Assembly (NCBI GenBank): GCA_012295275.1
Contig: CM022665.1
Coordinates: forward strand, 2,294,001 to 2,358,000
DNA from: Chrysomallon squamiferum
Lineage: Eukaryota; Animalia; Mollusca
Direction of reading: 5' to 3'
Length of the DNA stretch: 64,000 nucleotides
Below, piece by piece: positions 15,078-28,910 of this stretch. Numbering within the stretch: position 1 is the first letter of the stretch; each line of letters begins with the position of its first letter. The notes below the pieces were generated by a model. The model was not told the DNA's origin. It was given only the letters and a program-made list of their open reading frames with translations, and searched no databases. The position numbers and the translations under genes are program-made.

Positions 15078-18000
15078 CACATGCATATACACATACTTTT
15101 TTTAATTCTTTTTATCAAGGAAACATTTCTTCAAATTAATAGTAATATCTTTAAATGATAAGGTTTTTTTTATAAATAAACATCCTTAAATACTGTTATA
15201 AATAAATAGAGTGGACTTTGTCAGATCTGACTAATCTGGATTTATCAAACCAGCACCTCTTCAAAGTCCTATCCAGCTATGCTAATCTTATATGAACAAA
15301 AATCTGATCAATTTGGATGCTGTCAACTTCAGATTCCAGGTGATAATTTCAGAAAAAAAGGACAGTTAATAAATTAATTAGTTTTGTCTACACCAGCACA
15401 CACTTTTGCAAATATGACCATTTATTAAACAACGACAGCAATTTATATGTAGTTAGGCTACGTATTATTCCATGTAAGATGAAATATTCATCATTCTTTA
15501 AGTTTTAAAATTTAATAACTCAATATCCCATACTTCTTGTTATTACTATATGCAGCTAAATCAACAAGATTATTATTAGTGTGCTGATATCTTACTGAAT
15601 TCACCTTTTTAATGTCAAAAGCAACAATCTGCATAAATATGTATGGCACATATTTTTCAGTTTTATTAACTAGAAATGGCAGTGACCTAAAAACTAACAA
15701 TGTATCAAACTTTCACTGCAAGCTGTAATACAATTAACAGAAAAGTTTTCTTCCAATTCACTGTGTAAACAGAAAGATTTAAAATAAGAAGACAAACTGT
15801 ATCTGACATTCCACGTTTAACTTAACATTCATAATAAATCATGAAATTGTGTTCCAGTTTCATGTCATTTTAATTTTTCTGTCCCAGCATATGACATTGC
15901 TTCTAAGTGAATTTGGTTTTCACAAAGTCAACTAAAATATATTAAATACTGTTCACAATGCTAAGTATATCTTTCATTTCTTAAATGGAAAAAAAGATTG
16001 AAAGATTTTGAATTTATCTTATATTGCTTTAAAAAAAAATTAACTGTATAATGTATTAAGGTGTCTTACACAAAAAAAATCAAAAAAATGCAAAATAGAA
16101 CATGTATTAAATAAACACATGAAACAAATTACCTTGGGAACCTGACTTAGTTCAGCTTTGTTTTCTTCTGCAATAAAATTTGAAAAACTTGTTGTCATCT
16201 ATACAAATTTTGAGTTTAACAGAGAAAATATGCTGTAAATGTATTTTATGTAGTCAAAAGAAACTAAACAAGTTACAATTTTGGTATTTGTAAACAAAAT
16301 AATAATAATAATTAAAAATAAAATGAAAATAGAGAAATATGTGTGTCTGTAGTACTGTTTTCTTAACTGACATCAACAAATTCAGTTGGGTGCCTTTTCA
16401 TTTTGAACAGTTTAAACTTCTTGCACTTTAAATTCATCTGGAAAGCCAAACAACAGAGTTAATAAATACTTATTAGAGAAAAAAATATTTTTAAGACTCA
16501 TATTTGTTGTTAGTTTAGCATATATATAAATATATATATATATCAAATAGAATAAAAACAGTTTCATCCTATAAAAAGCAGAAAATGAAATAACTGGCAT
16601 GTATGGATTCTTAAAATCTATGACATAATAAGTATTTACCTATTTGTTTGATATGTGAAGGGAATGCATCCAGATTAGGCTTTGGTGGTTCACATAATCT
16701 CTGAAGATTTTTCAAATGTTTTTTATGCCTCTGTAATAAACAATAACAAAAAATAAATATAACAATAATAGCGTAATTTTTTTTTTTTTAATCTGTTGTT
16801 GATTAAATATAATTTCTTTATGTTTATTTGAGTTATCAAATATTTACATCATATGGCCAAATAATTATGGTGTGTACATTTTTGTTTGTTTGTAATAAAT
16901 GTAACACTATAGTAAGCATATATTATTATACACTTACAACATATGTCTTTTTGATATATTTTTGAAAATGTTCTATTGAGATTTCTGGAAGGTAGGGAGA
17001 AGGTAAAATGGTATTTTTTTCAAAGTCATTTCCCCAGGTTTTAGTGAAAAAGTCAACTTCTCTTTTGGCTAGACGTGGATCATTAAGCACTGCTGGAAGA
17101 TTAACTGAAGCTTTATAAATTGTCCATTTAAACTGGTCTTGAACAATACTGGGTTCTGAACTCAATAATGGAATATTCTCCACACTTGCTGATAACCTTT
17201 TATTTACATACAGTTTTCTGTTTCCTGAAAAATAAAAACAAAATTTGTTTACTATTCAATAAATTAAGATAATTATTTTCACTGAATGTTTTCAGCTTCT
17301 CGTAAAACAACTAAATTAAAGAACTATTTAGTTAGAGGATAAGTAACAATATTTTATCAGTTTATAAAAGTATTCTCATGCATGATCATTTTCCTGCATG
17401 AAATATTTACTAAAAATGAAAACAAATGCAAAAGTCAAATGTTTAGCTAAAACAGAACAAATATAATGAAGCCTGCAGTTGGCTATTTACTTTCATAGAA
17501 ATGTTTCAATATGTTTAATTTTCAGCTTAACAGGCATATAAGCCAGTTGTTTGAGTTAGAAAACACTACTGTTTGAACAATGTGAAAGATGATGATGATG
17601 ATATTAATTTAGTCAATGTACAATGATAGTTATCTGTGGATTATCAGAAATATTTCATCATGATATATATTCTACATGATCTAATAATAATAAATAATTA
17701 TTTCTAACATTTATTGCTGAATTAATATTTATAAATTAAGCACATTTCTAGATAGCTATATAAATCATGTTTTTAAGGAATATGTTGAAAAACAGTGTAA
17801 TTAATTGCTTTATTGCTATTGAGGGTCTTTAGTGATGCTTTTAATTGTTACTTTTCCTAGTGTGGTTTCAAAATAAGTTTGTGGAAAATCATAACTATTA
17901 ATATTATTACTATTACACTTGTAGAGATTCTAGCAGTTAAAATGTTAATTTGAAGGGTTTTTTCCTTAAAAATTAAAATTAAAATAAATTAATTAATTAA

Positions 18001-18561
18001 TTAAATGCTGAGTACATGCGTGTGGGAATAAATTTATAAAGTGACTGGATGCAAAATATTTCTGGCAAAACAAGTATTCTTCGTTTAAATTATATCCCAG
18101 GTGACACCACTACAATTGCTATTTAAATCCAATCATTTGGTTCATCATGTTTTTTAATAATAATGTTAATTAATGCTCAGATTTACTGGGAATTTAAAAG
18201 ATTATAAAAGTTATATTTAGGTTTAGTGTCATTCAATTCACTGCTATTGCTATCACTGTATCAGTATCCGAGTTACTTGAGTACGATTCTTACCATCGAT
18301 TCTGCCAGAATCTCCGCCAAATACATGATCTCTTGCAACATGGTCATCGTAATCTTTATCATTTACACCATCTATTGGTAGTGAAGGACAAACACCATTC
18401 ATTCCGTAATGACAAACATAGGAACCACCTTCCTTTGAGCAATGAAAATCACGAAGATGTTGGCAGAATTCTCGTGGAGACTTGAAAGCAACGGAATCAC
18501 GGCAGACATTACATCTTTTCCATGACACTTTAAATTTTATCAGTTCTGCTGTTGTTGTCAT
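3678..18561 (-). CDS. VPS54: Vacuolar protein sorting 54 (GARP complex subunit), ~971 aa, 26 coding exons
   Basis: Exons on minus, all GT-AG and frame-consistent (2916 nt): 18561-18294, 17224-16938, 16730-16640, 16167-16133, 14813-14679, 14337-14195, 13821-13722, 13306-13164, 12682-12556, 12425-12318, 11880-11822, 11560-11464, 11135-11005, 10767-10635, 10299-10168, 9862-9813, 9491-9409, 8673-8638, 8362-8308, 7906-7801, 7400-7313, 6793-6672, 6418-6338, 6007-5900, 4313-4219, 3780-3678 (TAA). Diagnostic peptides: NLPAVLNDP, LSHYLDVVEVQIA..SEAFFHAMTSH, LDNERWKQADVP, FNSRTCQLVLGAGALQLVGLK, NDGGPQHGLVTSDL. Confidence 0.95.
4990..5870 (-). mobile_element. Internally deleted, decayed DNA-transposase remnant in VPS54 intron 24
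   Basis: Minus-strand broken frames give a coiled-coil-like segment (ELNTSIKRKVVVRLK..LARELADTKKQLLQLK) joined to ILNGRVVGHLI*..GQLEKLKS..TYFVVYWNVDE/NEDAVDYKLTKFVLAAD. The second part resembles the C-terminus of the remnant at 49838-51326. Stops and frameshifts present. Confidence 0.5.
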
Positions 18562-18654
18562 TTTAAAATTATTTGCGTCATTAATTAACTGAGGCGTAAT
18601 TATCCCGCTGCAAACCAAAACATACGGGGAAAATTAGATCACAACATGTTCACA

Positions 18655-18700
18655 TCAACGGAAGTCAATATGGGACACCATATTTATTTCCCAGAATCCT
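18655..18700 (-). promoter_or_regulatory. VPS54 proximal promoter motifs (ETS-like CGGAAGT; ZNF143/Staf-like TTCCCAGAATCC)
   Basis: CGGAAGT at 18659-18665 and TTCCCAGAATCC at 18688-18699, about 100-140 bp upstream of the ATG in a locally CpG-richer patch. Confidence 0.45.
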
Positions 18701-21700
18701 AAGATTACGTCCTCGAACGTGGCCTATGAAATCGTAAAATATCGGAAAGGTTCGTATTGCTCATTAAAATCCACGAGGTAAAGGGAAATGATTTACTGCA
18801 CCTGCGCTTTAATCAAACGATTAGTTTCAAGAATTAACTTTTCAATATTCGAATTACTAAAGAAATTGGTCAATAAAATGTTTGAATATTTCTAATCGTG
18901 CTAACCCTTATTTAGTTATTAGAAAGTTATTTTATTTAGATAATTATTATGATTATCAATATGAATATCAGTATGCTGCTATGAGAAATACTTAATGCTA
19001 ATACTAGTAGTAGTAATAGTATTAAATTAATAGTAATACGTGATAGTTGAATATTAGTAACTAAATCTAAAAGCGGCCTATTGCTAGTTAAAAATTAAGA
19101 AGAATTCTCTTTAATCCAAAAATGCAGTTGCAACACAAGATATCTTTGGTTCTCCAAATTATTATTCCAGCAGATAAGTACATCCATCTTCCAAAATGAT
19201 GGTAAGCACATACAATAGTGTATACGACACTTTGTGAAAAGATGAGAATACTGTGGTGTTAAAATCCAAATTATTAACTGAAATGAGGCCCCAATACAAA
19301 GTTTTGGGCACTGTATTCTTAGACTTGAAAAAACATCATTTCAGCATACTAAAACCAATGTTATTACTTTTTTTTTTTCAGTAATTATTCATGAATATAT
19401 TAACACCCTACTTATGTGTGAAATGACAGGTATAATTAGGCTGAGAAATCTGTTGTCCAAGCTTCTAAAACAATTAAATTTAACTGCAGTCAGTAGGTAT
19501 CTTTTGCTTTCATCATTTACACACACACATTTTCTAACCATGTTTGAAACAGTATTTAATAAAGTGTAAGGATAATATTAGTATCAGAATGATGATTCAT
19601 TAACAGAAATTTTCTGAGATTCCATTTAGTTTTATTGTTGTCATTATCATGATTAATAAATAAAACATTCCAGATAATTTATTCATTAGAAACAAGAAGT
19701 ATACTGCATGTAGATTTTTTAACCACAATTATTGGTATTAGGTTGTTTTTCACACACACACACACTTTCTTCTCATATTAAACTGGTGTAATGTGTATAC
19801 GGCTCTCTATTAAAAAAGATTAATCCAAAGAATCATTGCTGCAGTACATCTGTTTACAAACAACAAAAGCACAATGACTGGTATTAAATAGTAATTTATT
19901 TTCAAGATATAGTGTCTATTTTGTGAAAAGCAATTCTTTGTTGCTTTGATAGAAATGTTAAGCATTTTTATATTCTATTTTTATGCAAAATATATACATA
20001 ATTACAGTTACCCACAGCATGAGCTCATAAATAATTTTTAAAATCTGCTTACATTCTTCATTTGCTATCCAGCTACAATAATAATTTTCTGCTTAAAGGT
20101 TATTTACAAAGTTTAAGAACTAACTTGCACATTAATAAAATTTTGTGCACAAAAGCAAAAGACAATCACAGAAACACTACAGAAACAGATAGAAAAACTT
20201 GGTCAAACCAACTTCAAATTTAACATTTTCATAAAGATTTTTTTAGACTTAGGAGGGGTGAAGAAAAGAATAATTTTTAATTACAAATTGGCAAAATTTA
20301 TTTTTTATAATTTTAAAAATGTTTGTTGACAATCCCCTCCCCCCAAAAACAACAACAAGGATCAATTTACAGATATTTTACTCAAATAATTTGAATTCAT
20401 TTTTAATTTGCTAACTAAAACAATAATATTAATATCTATCACCTGGCCTTTTTTAAATGTTCTTAAAATTTCATTGAAATTTTAATAAATATATGAACAA
20501 ATATCTGTCAGGAATTCTCTTTGTTAAATAATGCCTATGTCTCTCATTAAAAACAAAATTAAACAATTTTACTGTTGCAAATATTGAATCAACAATGCAT
20601 GACATTTTTGTTAATCTGGTCTGACAACTTTAGCTAACCCCCCCTCCAAAACAAAACAACAAAAAACATTAAGCAATTTTAAAGCCAAAATAATAACGTA
20701 ATTACATACAATTTAAAAGATTTTTGAAATTTTTAATTTCTGTCACAAAATATATCTGGAATCTCTGGAATGGCCTAGATACATTTCATACAAATATATC
20801 TAATTATTTTATTTAGTAAACATCTGGCATGTATATATTAAAAAAACTTGATTCCAAAATGTATAGGGAAAAAGAAAAAATTTGTGTTTACTTCTTTAGC
20901 TGTTTGTGGTTTTCAAGAAGTTTTCAATGTGTATTAAAAGAAATTAACTTTCCTTAGAATTTCACTATATTATATATATACACACACACACACATATATA
21001 TCTATATCAGGGAAGGTGTTAATCTGCAGTTACTTGTCCAAAACAAGTACATTAACTCAAGCACTGACCTAATCACACACGAAAATAAAACTGTAGGAAA
21101 AACAATTGTTCACAATTGAGTATTCTTCAGTTGTTTGTTTGTAACATCTGAAATGAATTGCTTGTAATATTTTAATTGCTGATTATGAAATTAATTATTG
21201 TTATCTTCAGTTGTTTAAAGCTGAATATCAGTGTAAAGTTTATGGTGAATGCTTAAATTTAAAGGAAGACCTTATTTTTTCTGTATGTTTGTGCCTACTA
21301 CATGTGCATTTTTAGCCATTATATATATATATATATATATATAATACACTCACTGTTTTGGTTCAATTAGGAATATATATATATATCAATTTAATAATAA
21401 TTTCTGTCATCAACTATCCATTGTAACTAATTTCAGAATTTGAAAACTGGAATTTGTTTTTGATGGAAGGCCTCACTTGTAATCATGTTTATGCATTTAC
21501 ATTGCACAAATGTTACTGTAAATCAAATTTTATCGTTTCAGTGTTCCTAACTTTGTTTTACAACCAGTATAAATCTTTTAATGGCTGGCTGCCTGAAACA
21601 TATTTAGAACAGTATTTATTTAACAATATATTTCCAGTTCTTGACAGTTGACTTTTCTTCCTATACCTTGATAAAACAAAGGATGAAGCAAACAATGAGT

Positions 21701-24700
21701 TTCTGTTGTAGGTTTTATCTTTTGCAAACTCCAAAACAACAATGAAAAACAAAACCAACTGAGACAAAATTTACTAAACAATTTGCACCAATCAGAATTT
21801 ACATTGTGCACTTTAAAATGGATGTCAGCACATTTACAAGGTGTGTAACAAATTAATTTTTAAAGCAGTAGATATTTGTTAGAAAGAATCATTATTTATA
21901 ATAGAGGAAAATAAAATTAATATTTTCTTTTATTTAAACTGATATGATAAAATGTATTTATAAGAATTCAATAAATGATTTTAAAATAAATCTTAAAAGA
22001 AAAACTGTAACTTTAAAAAAGAAAAGAAATAAAGAAACAAACTTAATTTTTCTCCTAGTAATATGCAAACACACGTAACTCTATTTTAGTTATATTTTAT
22101 TACAATTTTAAAATAACAAATTGTAAGTTTACAAATCAGCTCATTTAATCTTAATGTAGCTAACCAACTTAAAATTCCTAATGAAGCACATTAAAAGTTA
22201 AAAATGAAAATTTGCAGGAACTATAAATGAAAACTGGATATCCCAACTACATTGCCATACATTTATTTATTATTTAAAATAGTGACAATGAACATTTGCA
22301 AAACCTGAACCAAATTATTTTTACAAATGATCTTATAATCATGCCAGTTTCAAAACTAAAAAAGTTGACATTCTTTTTTTTTTTTTAGTTATTTATAATT
22401 ATTAATTATTTATAGTTATTTATTATTACTGACATGAACATGATTTTGTTTGATTTTTTTTTTTCAATCTACCCAATGCAAACAAAAGAAAAACATGACA
22501 AAATTTCAAACCAAGAAAAAGTAATTAAACCCATACCTAACAAAGTGTGATGATATGTACAAAATGTGGTTGCAGGATTTAAGTTCATTCAGTATAAACA
22601 GAATTTCTGTTTTTATGTGGTCAAAAAGTTTTGACTTAATGACATTAAAAAAAAATAATTGAAAAAAAAAAAAAAGGATTAATTTTTATAACAGTAACTG
22701 TACAAAATTTATTTTTCCCAATAATGGAAAAGGAGAATATTTTATTATTTTATTTTTATATACATTAAGAAATAAATAAATAATAGTTTTACAAGTAATG
22801 ATTTTTGTCATCTAAAAACCTTATATTATTGTATGTATAAAATAATTAAAAATAGCATTTCATTCAGCACTTTTGAAATTTAATATAATAACTTATTATT
22901 AGAAAATAAAATTAACAGTAACACAGAGAAATTTTCTTTGTTTTTACTTGTATTACTTCAAGTTCTTGGCATTAAGAACACTATTTAAAAAATAAAATTT
23001 CTCAGATGGCCATGTAAACTAACTTACAGAAACCTGTTATTAAAGTGGACTCCTAAAGATAATATCTTCAGTAGTAAGATATTTAAAGTATAGTCACTAT
23101 AGCGATATTATTTCTTATATATGAAAAAGAAAACCAAGAACTAATTAATTATTATTATAAAAATAGGTAATTGGAAAATTCATTTATTTCAATTAATTTC
23201 ATTAAAACATTTCTATAAACAACATGGCACACATCAGAATAAAAACACATTCACATCGCAACACTCTTGAGAAGTTAATATGTTAGAACTATGCCAAGGG
23301 AAAAGCACTAAAAGAAACATAATGAAAAATCAATTAACTTCAGAGAACTTTAAGGTATATATCCAAACCTAATATTATTTTAAACTCTTCTGAACAACAA
23401 ACCTTTTGAAACAGGTAAAATAATAAAGCCTACATTGTAGACATCTGTATGTTTTAACACATCCTGTTTCAAAGAGCTTGATTTGAAAACAAGTATAGTG
23501 ACAAAAATTATTTTATTAAATATACTGATCAGTGTCTAAACCCTTCGAACATGTCTGTATTAATATACTGATTTCCATTTGGCCCCAAAAGGATCAGCAG
23601 TCTCAGCTTGAAAATTACTAAAGAAACAGAGAAAAAAAACAGTTTCACTACAACAGTTATTGTAACATCTACTTAAACTAAAAATAATAATATTCATAAT
23701 AATTTAGAATTAAAAAAAACATATAAAAAACTTGTTTAAAATTAATAATGAATGTAATAATTAAATAAATGATGCTTTCAATAAATATCCACCTCAAAAG
23801 CAACAAGAACACTGAGCTTTAACAATTACTTATTTAAAATAACAAAGGGCAACAATTAATTAAATAGTTCATGCACATATTATTACATAAATATTATGCT
23901 ACAATAATTCTGCATCTATCATCACAGATTTGAATCACACAGTAAGTTCAGATGAAAAACAATTCCACCTGATAGTACACAGACCAGCTGTCAGTGGGAC
24001 AGCTTCGTAAAATAATTTTTATCACAGTGAATCAATGTTGGTACACACTTGGTATGAAAACAAAAGAGGAAAATTTGTTTTAAAAAATTAAATCGCTCAA
24101 TACACAAGCCTTGACTGGCAATTAATAAATTAACTATTACAAAAACTGTTCAGTGCCATCTTAGGAAGAAGCAATTACAAATATAGCTATTTTTTGTTTA
24201 AAAGTGGAATATTTTCAGGCAGGTATTGTTCTTGTGATATTTATGTAGACCACTGTTTTATTACTGTTATTATTATTATTTTTATTTTATTTTTTTTTTG
24301 AAAGGAAAAAAAGAAAAAGAATTTTGAAGATGGCTAACAAAAATATTAGCCTTAATGTTTGTAAAAATGAAAATACAAATGTAATTAGTGTTATTCTGAT
24401 TATATTAGTTTGTGTAATAAATGCTAATATATAAATACTGATTTCATTCAAATATATATATTTATATACATGACGTATATCAGTTCTTTGCCTTGTTATT
24501 TTACTTTTATATTTCTATAATTCACATGTAAAATTTACACAAGCTACTGAAAGTAGAAACATCTTTTAATATTAACATCATTTAACATTCTGCATATTGT
24601 TAACCATATTGTACGTACATCAGAAATTAAACTAAAATCTTTCTTTTTTTTAATTTAATATTAAACTGTTTTGGAGAAGTTTAGTCTAACTTTTGCTTTA

Positions 24701-25350
24701 CTTTTATTTTGTTGTCTTTTACTAATGTCTTGCAACTACCATAAAATTAAAATTTATCACTGATCTACTGGTGACTTTCTGGGTCTGGTTAGGTAGAAAA
24801 CATATTAATAATGACATATGACAGAAATAAAAAGTGTTATGTGAGTTAAATCAACATTCTAAAATTAGATTCATACTGAAACAAATATGTAAGTGTATGT
24901 TATTAAAACTATTTAAAATACTGATGCAGAAGATGATAAAGACAATATCAGACAGTTCTGAATGACATTAATGCCTGTTTAACATAGAACCCTTTGTGAA
25001 TAGCAAGACATTGTAGTAGAGAAGTGGGAAAAGGGGAAAACTGATAATTTGTTTTCTTTGCTGGATTATTCTTGACATCAAGGCTCTGAGAACACAATGA
25101 TGGTAAATTTGTTTTGTGCATTACTCCCAGATTAAGAAGAAATAGGCACCACAACCACTACCTTCTGTGTGAAGGTAAGATGTATTGCAGCTTACTGTTC
25201 TTTCACAGCAGCTGTTAACTGTCTGCTGAATTACAGAAGTCTTGTGGCTTAAGTATACTTGTTGCACACACACTGTGAAATATTTACTGCTGCTGCTTGC
25301 TGTTTAGTACACTTAAAAATCCTTGCACAAACTATCATAACTGTGATGAC

Positions 25351-28300
25351 TCATCCATCGTGTCCCTGGAAAACACATAAAACAATTAACATATTAAAAT
25401 GATAAAAAATTAGTAATACTTTGATTGATACCATTTACACTTTTTACATTTGTAATTGTGATGAAGATATTTTATTCCTAGTGATTTTACTGTTCCAAAA
25501 CTAGCGTATGACTCAATTTATTATTTTACTTTCATCTGCAGATATGATGCTCTGTATCCCGATATGACTAAGATATTATGTCACTATGTGATTTCTCTTT
25601 CCACAGCATTAAATTTGAAAGGTATTCCCCAACAAGATCTTGTTAAATAGATTTCTTTATAAATATAATGCTGTATTTTCCTTCTGTGTTCTTTCTCCTA
25701 TTAAGCACACCAGTTTTATCTCTCATATAACTGTTTTACATACCTGCTCACCATCAGTTATCACAACATCCATTTGTAACTGGTTATGTTTCGTTAGTCA
25801 CTTAGTGTGAAAATATAATTCAGTCTTTTGATATATTTTATTACAATTATGCCAGTCTTTCTTACAAATAAAAAATTACTGTTTACTGATCATAATTTAA
25901 AATGGCAATAAAATTATTGTGCCAAATCTGAATTTAATTGAATGAAATATTTTCAAAAACAACATACATTTTTGACTAAACACATCATGAAGAACTATCT
26001 GAATATTTTCAGACAGTTAAAATTCACAAAAGTTTTTTTTTTTTTTATTATTATGACAGCCTTCATTCAGAATCTACCATTAACAATTTTCAGTCTAATT
26101 TTCCAGCTTTCTAATAATAATTATATAACTGAAGTTACTTTGTTATCCAAGAGTATTTAATGACTTTTATTTTGAATAAAAATAAATCTTAAAAATACCA
26201 TCTCAAAACAGTAAAAGAAGATAGATATGTTTGGTTATGGAGATGGAAAAAAAAACCCTGCTAAGTCTGATTAGCAGAAATGGATCTTTTATAATTATAA
26301 TCCCATCTAGTATTTTCTAAAAACATATTTTAGAAAATACTACATGTTTTTATAATATCTGACATATTATTTTCTGTTTTTATATATACTCATACATCTT
26401 TTAAACTGAAAAGTACATGTCAGAGTAGATATAAACTAGTTTGAGAGCTCTGGCTGCAACTACTATTTAACGTATACTTACATTTCCAGGTCTGGCCCAT
26501 GTACATACTAATCCTTCTTGGCAAGCAGTCACAATACATTCTTCACGAAAAACAAGTGAAGTTAAACGTTCATGTGCCACTTTCTTGCAAATAACAGGTT
26601 CTAAAACAGGAACTTCATCAAGTCTAGGACAGCATGAACTACCTAGCAGTTTTATTGATTCATCTATAGGTCGAACATGATTAGACTTGAGTACATTCAC
26701 TTTATCAGTATTACGACTTGCCAAACTGAAATTTCTTTTATGTTCTTTTTTCTCCTGACTCTCCTTCCTGTCTGCCACTGATAACGTGGCAAATTTATTT
26801 CCTGCATTCATGACAGCATTCTGAATGGAGTGTGCATTGCAGTCCATAGCTGAAATATCATTGCTTCCAACAGAATTGGACTTTTGTGAGTTAGGCAAGC
26901 TGTTACACCGGGGTAGTGCACTGGCAGAGTTTGCAATAACACTTGTTCTAGTCCTGCCAAATGGTTGTTTAATGACATCTTCTGTCAAGTCCCATAAACA
27001 AAGACAAGTATCCTGACTCACTGAACCAAAACGATATGACGTGAATCTCAATTTTGTACTGTCCAAGGAATTCTGATGGTGCACATGTGCTCCATTTGCT
27101 TGTGGTACATCTGTTAACACACTATTCTGACTCATGTGGTTAGGTTGGCTGTTTGATCTCAAGTCTCCTTCTGTCCATTCACATGTTTCATCGTCACATG
27201 TACATGTAAAGGTATCAAATGCCACAACATTAACCCATGAACCATGACCCTGCCCCCTGCATATAACTCTTTTTTCAAGAAATGACCACACTGTAACTAG
27301 GTCATCCTCACCTCCAGTCACCAAGTATTTGCTATCAGGTGACCAACACACACACAGAAGACCACCAAAGTAACTTTTCATACAGCCAACAAGTTCCATT
27401 GAGTTATAGTTAAAGACTCTTAAAAATCCATCCTGTCCAACTACTGCCAAATAACGAGAACAAGGTGAGAAAGAAAATTCATTGATGCATCCATGACCAA
27501 TTACCCAGCGATATAATGGGTTCCGAGTACTTTTGGTCTTACATGTGTATACTGAAAACCCTTCACCCTGTTTAAAAAGTTGGTAATGGGGTGGAGCCTG
27601 ACCACATGGTAATTCTTCGTTGTAGAGATACATCTGTCCACTTCCATGAGATACCAGAAACTGGTTGGGGGAGCCAGGAATCCATTTAATACATGTCACC
27701 TTTGTTTTATCTATCAGTCTCTGTAAATATGAAATAAGAATCATGAAATTTATTCTTTTATTATAACATTTTGAACAATTAAAGTTAAACTAAACATTTA
27801 TTACCAAAAGTCCATTTTAGAATTAAAATATACAACAATTATTATATATTAGATTTTTTATTACTTCAATAATTAACAAAATCATTTAAACAGTGTATTA
27901 CCTCCTCATTATAAAGTTTGCTTATTTCTTTCTTGATAGGATCTATGAGTTGCACCTGACCAGCTGTAAACCCAACCAGCAAAAGAACACTTTCAGAAGT
28001 GACATAACATTCATTAAAGTCATGACATGTTGGCATAGTTCCTTTGTAGATTCTTTTGTCTAATGGTCGAGTTAAGTCAGCAGCCTGTAAATAAACATGT
28101 TCTGAATCATAAAACTATTTAGTCATAAACATTTTAATGTCATTTGAAAAAAAAAGGAGTAAATTAACCCCAAAAGGTTTTGTCAAAGCAATTGTTTTTT
28201 TTAACTATGCTTCAAAGGCCCCTTTGTCATCAAAAATAAACTGTAGAACACTTTTAATGTCTAGAGTGAGATATTTTACATAAAATAGGTCCATTCTTTC

Positions 28301-28849
28301 TGGTATTCTTCATTAATACGTTGGGGTTTTTTTTCTCTTCTTACTGCTAATGCACATTAGAAAGTACTGCACTAACTGAATTCCTTGAACAGAGTAACCT
28401 GATGCTGACAGCTAACACTCTTTATAATCAAACAACTTAATAAACTATTTTCAACACCATGTAATTATCATGTAATATATGTATAATCACTTATCAGGCA
28501 ATTAAACATACACACAAAACAACATACCATATTAACAATTTTTATTATGTTTTAATGATCTACTGATTTCATCACTGATAAGAAAAACTGAATATATCAT
28601 TAGTTTTATTGCATTACATACCCTTCTTGCTAGTGCTTGTAAGTTATTTTTTAAAAGAATCCCAAATTTGTTTATAATGTATTATACAAACAAAGATTAT
28701 CAAATATATTAACAGAAATGGTGTGTGGATGGTCATACAAAAGAATTCATTAAAAGATTTTTGGATCTGCGATGTATGTTCTTACATTTTATTCAAGGTT
28801 TTGGGGGGGGTATTTTTTTATTATTATTAACCTTCTTTTTCTTTCTTTT

Positions 28850-28910
<61 letters not shown>

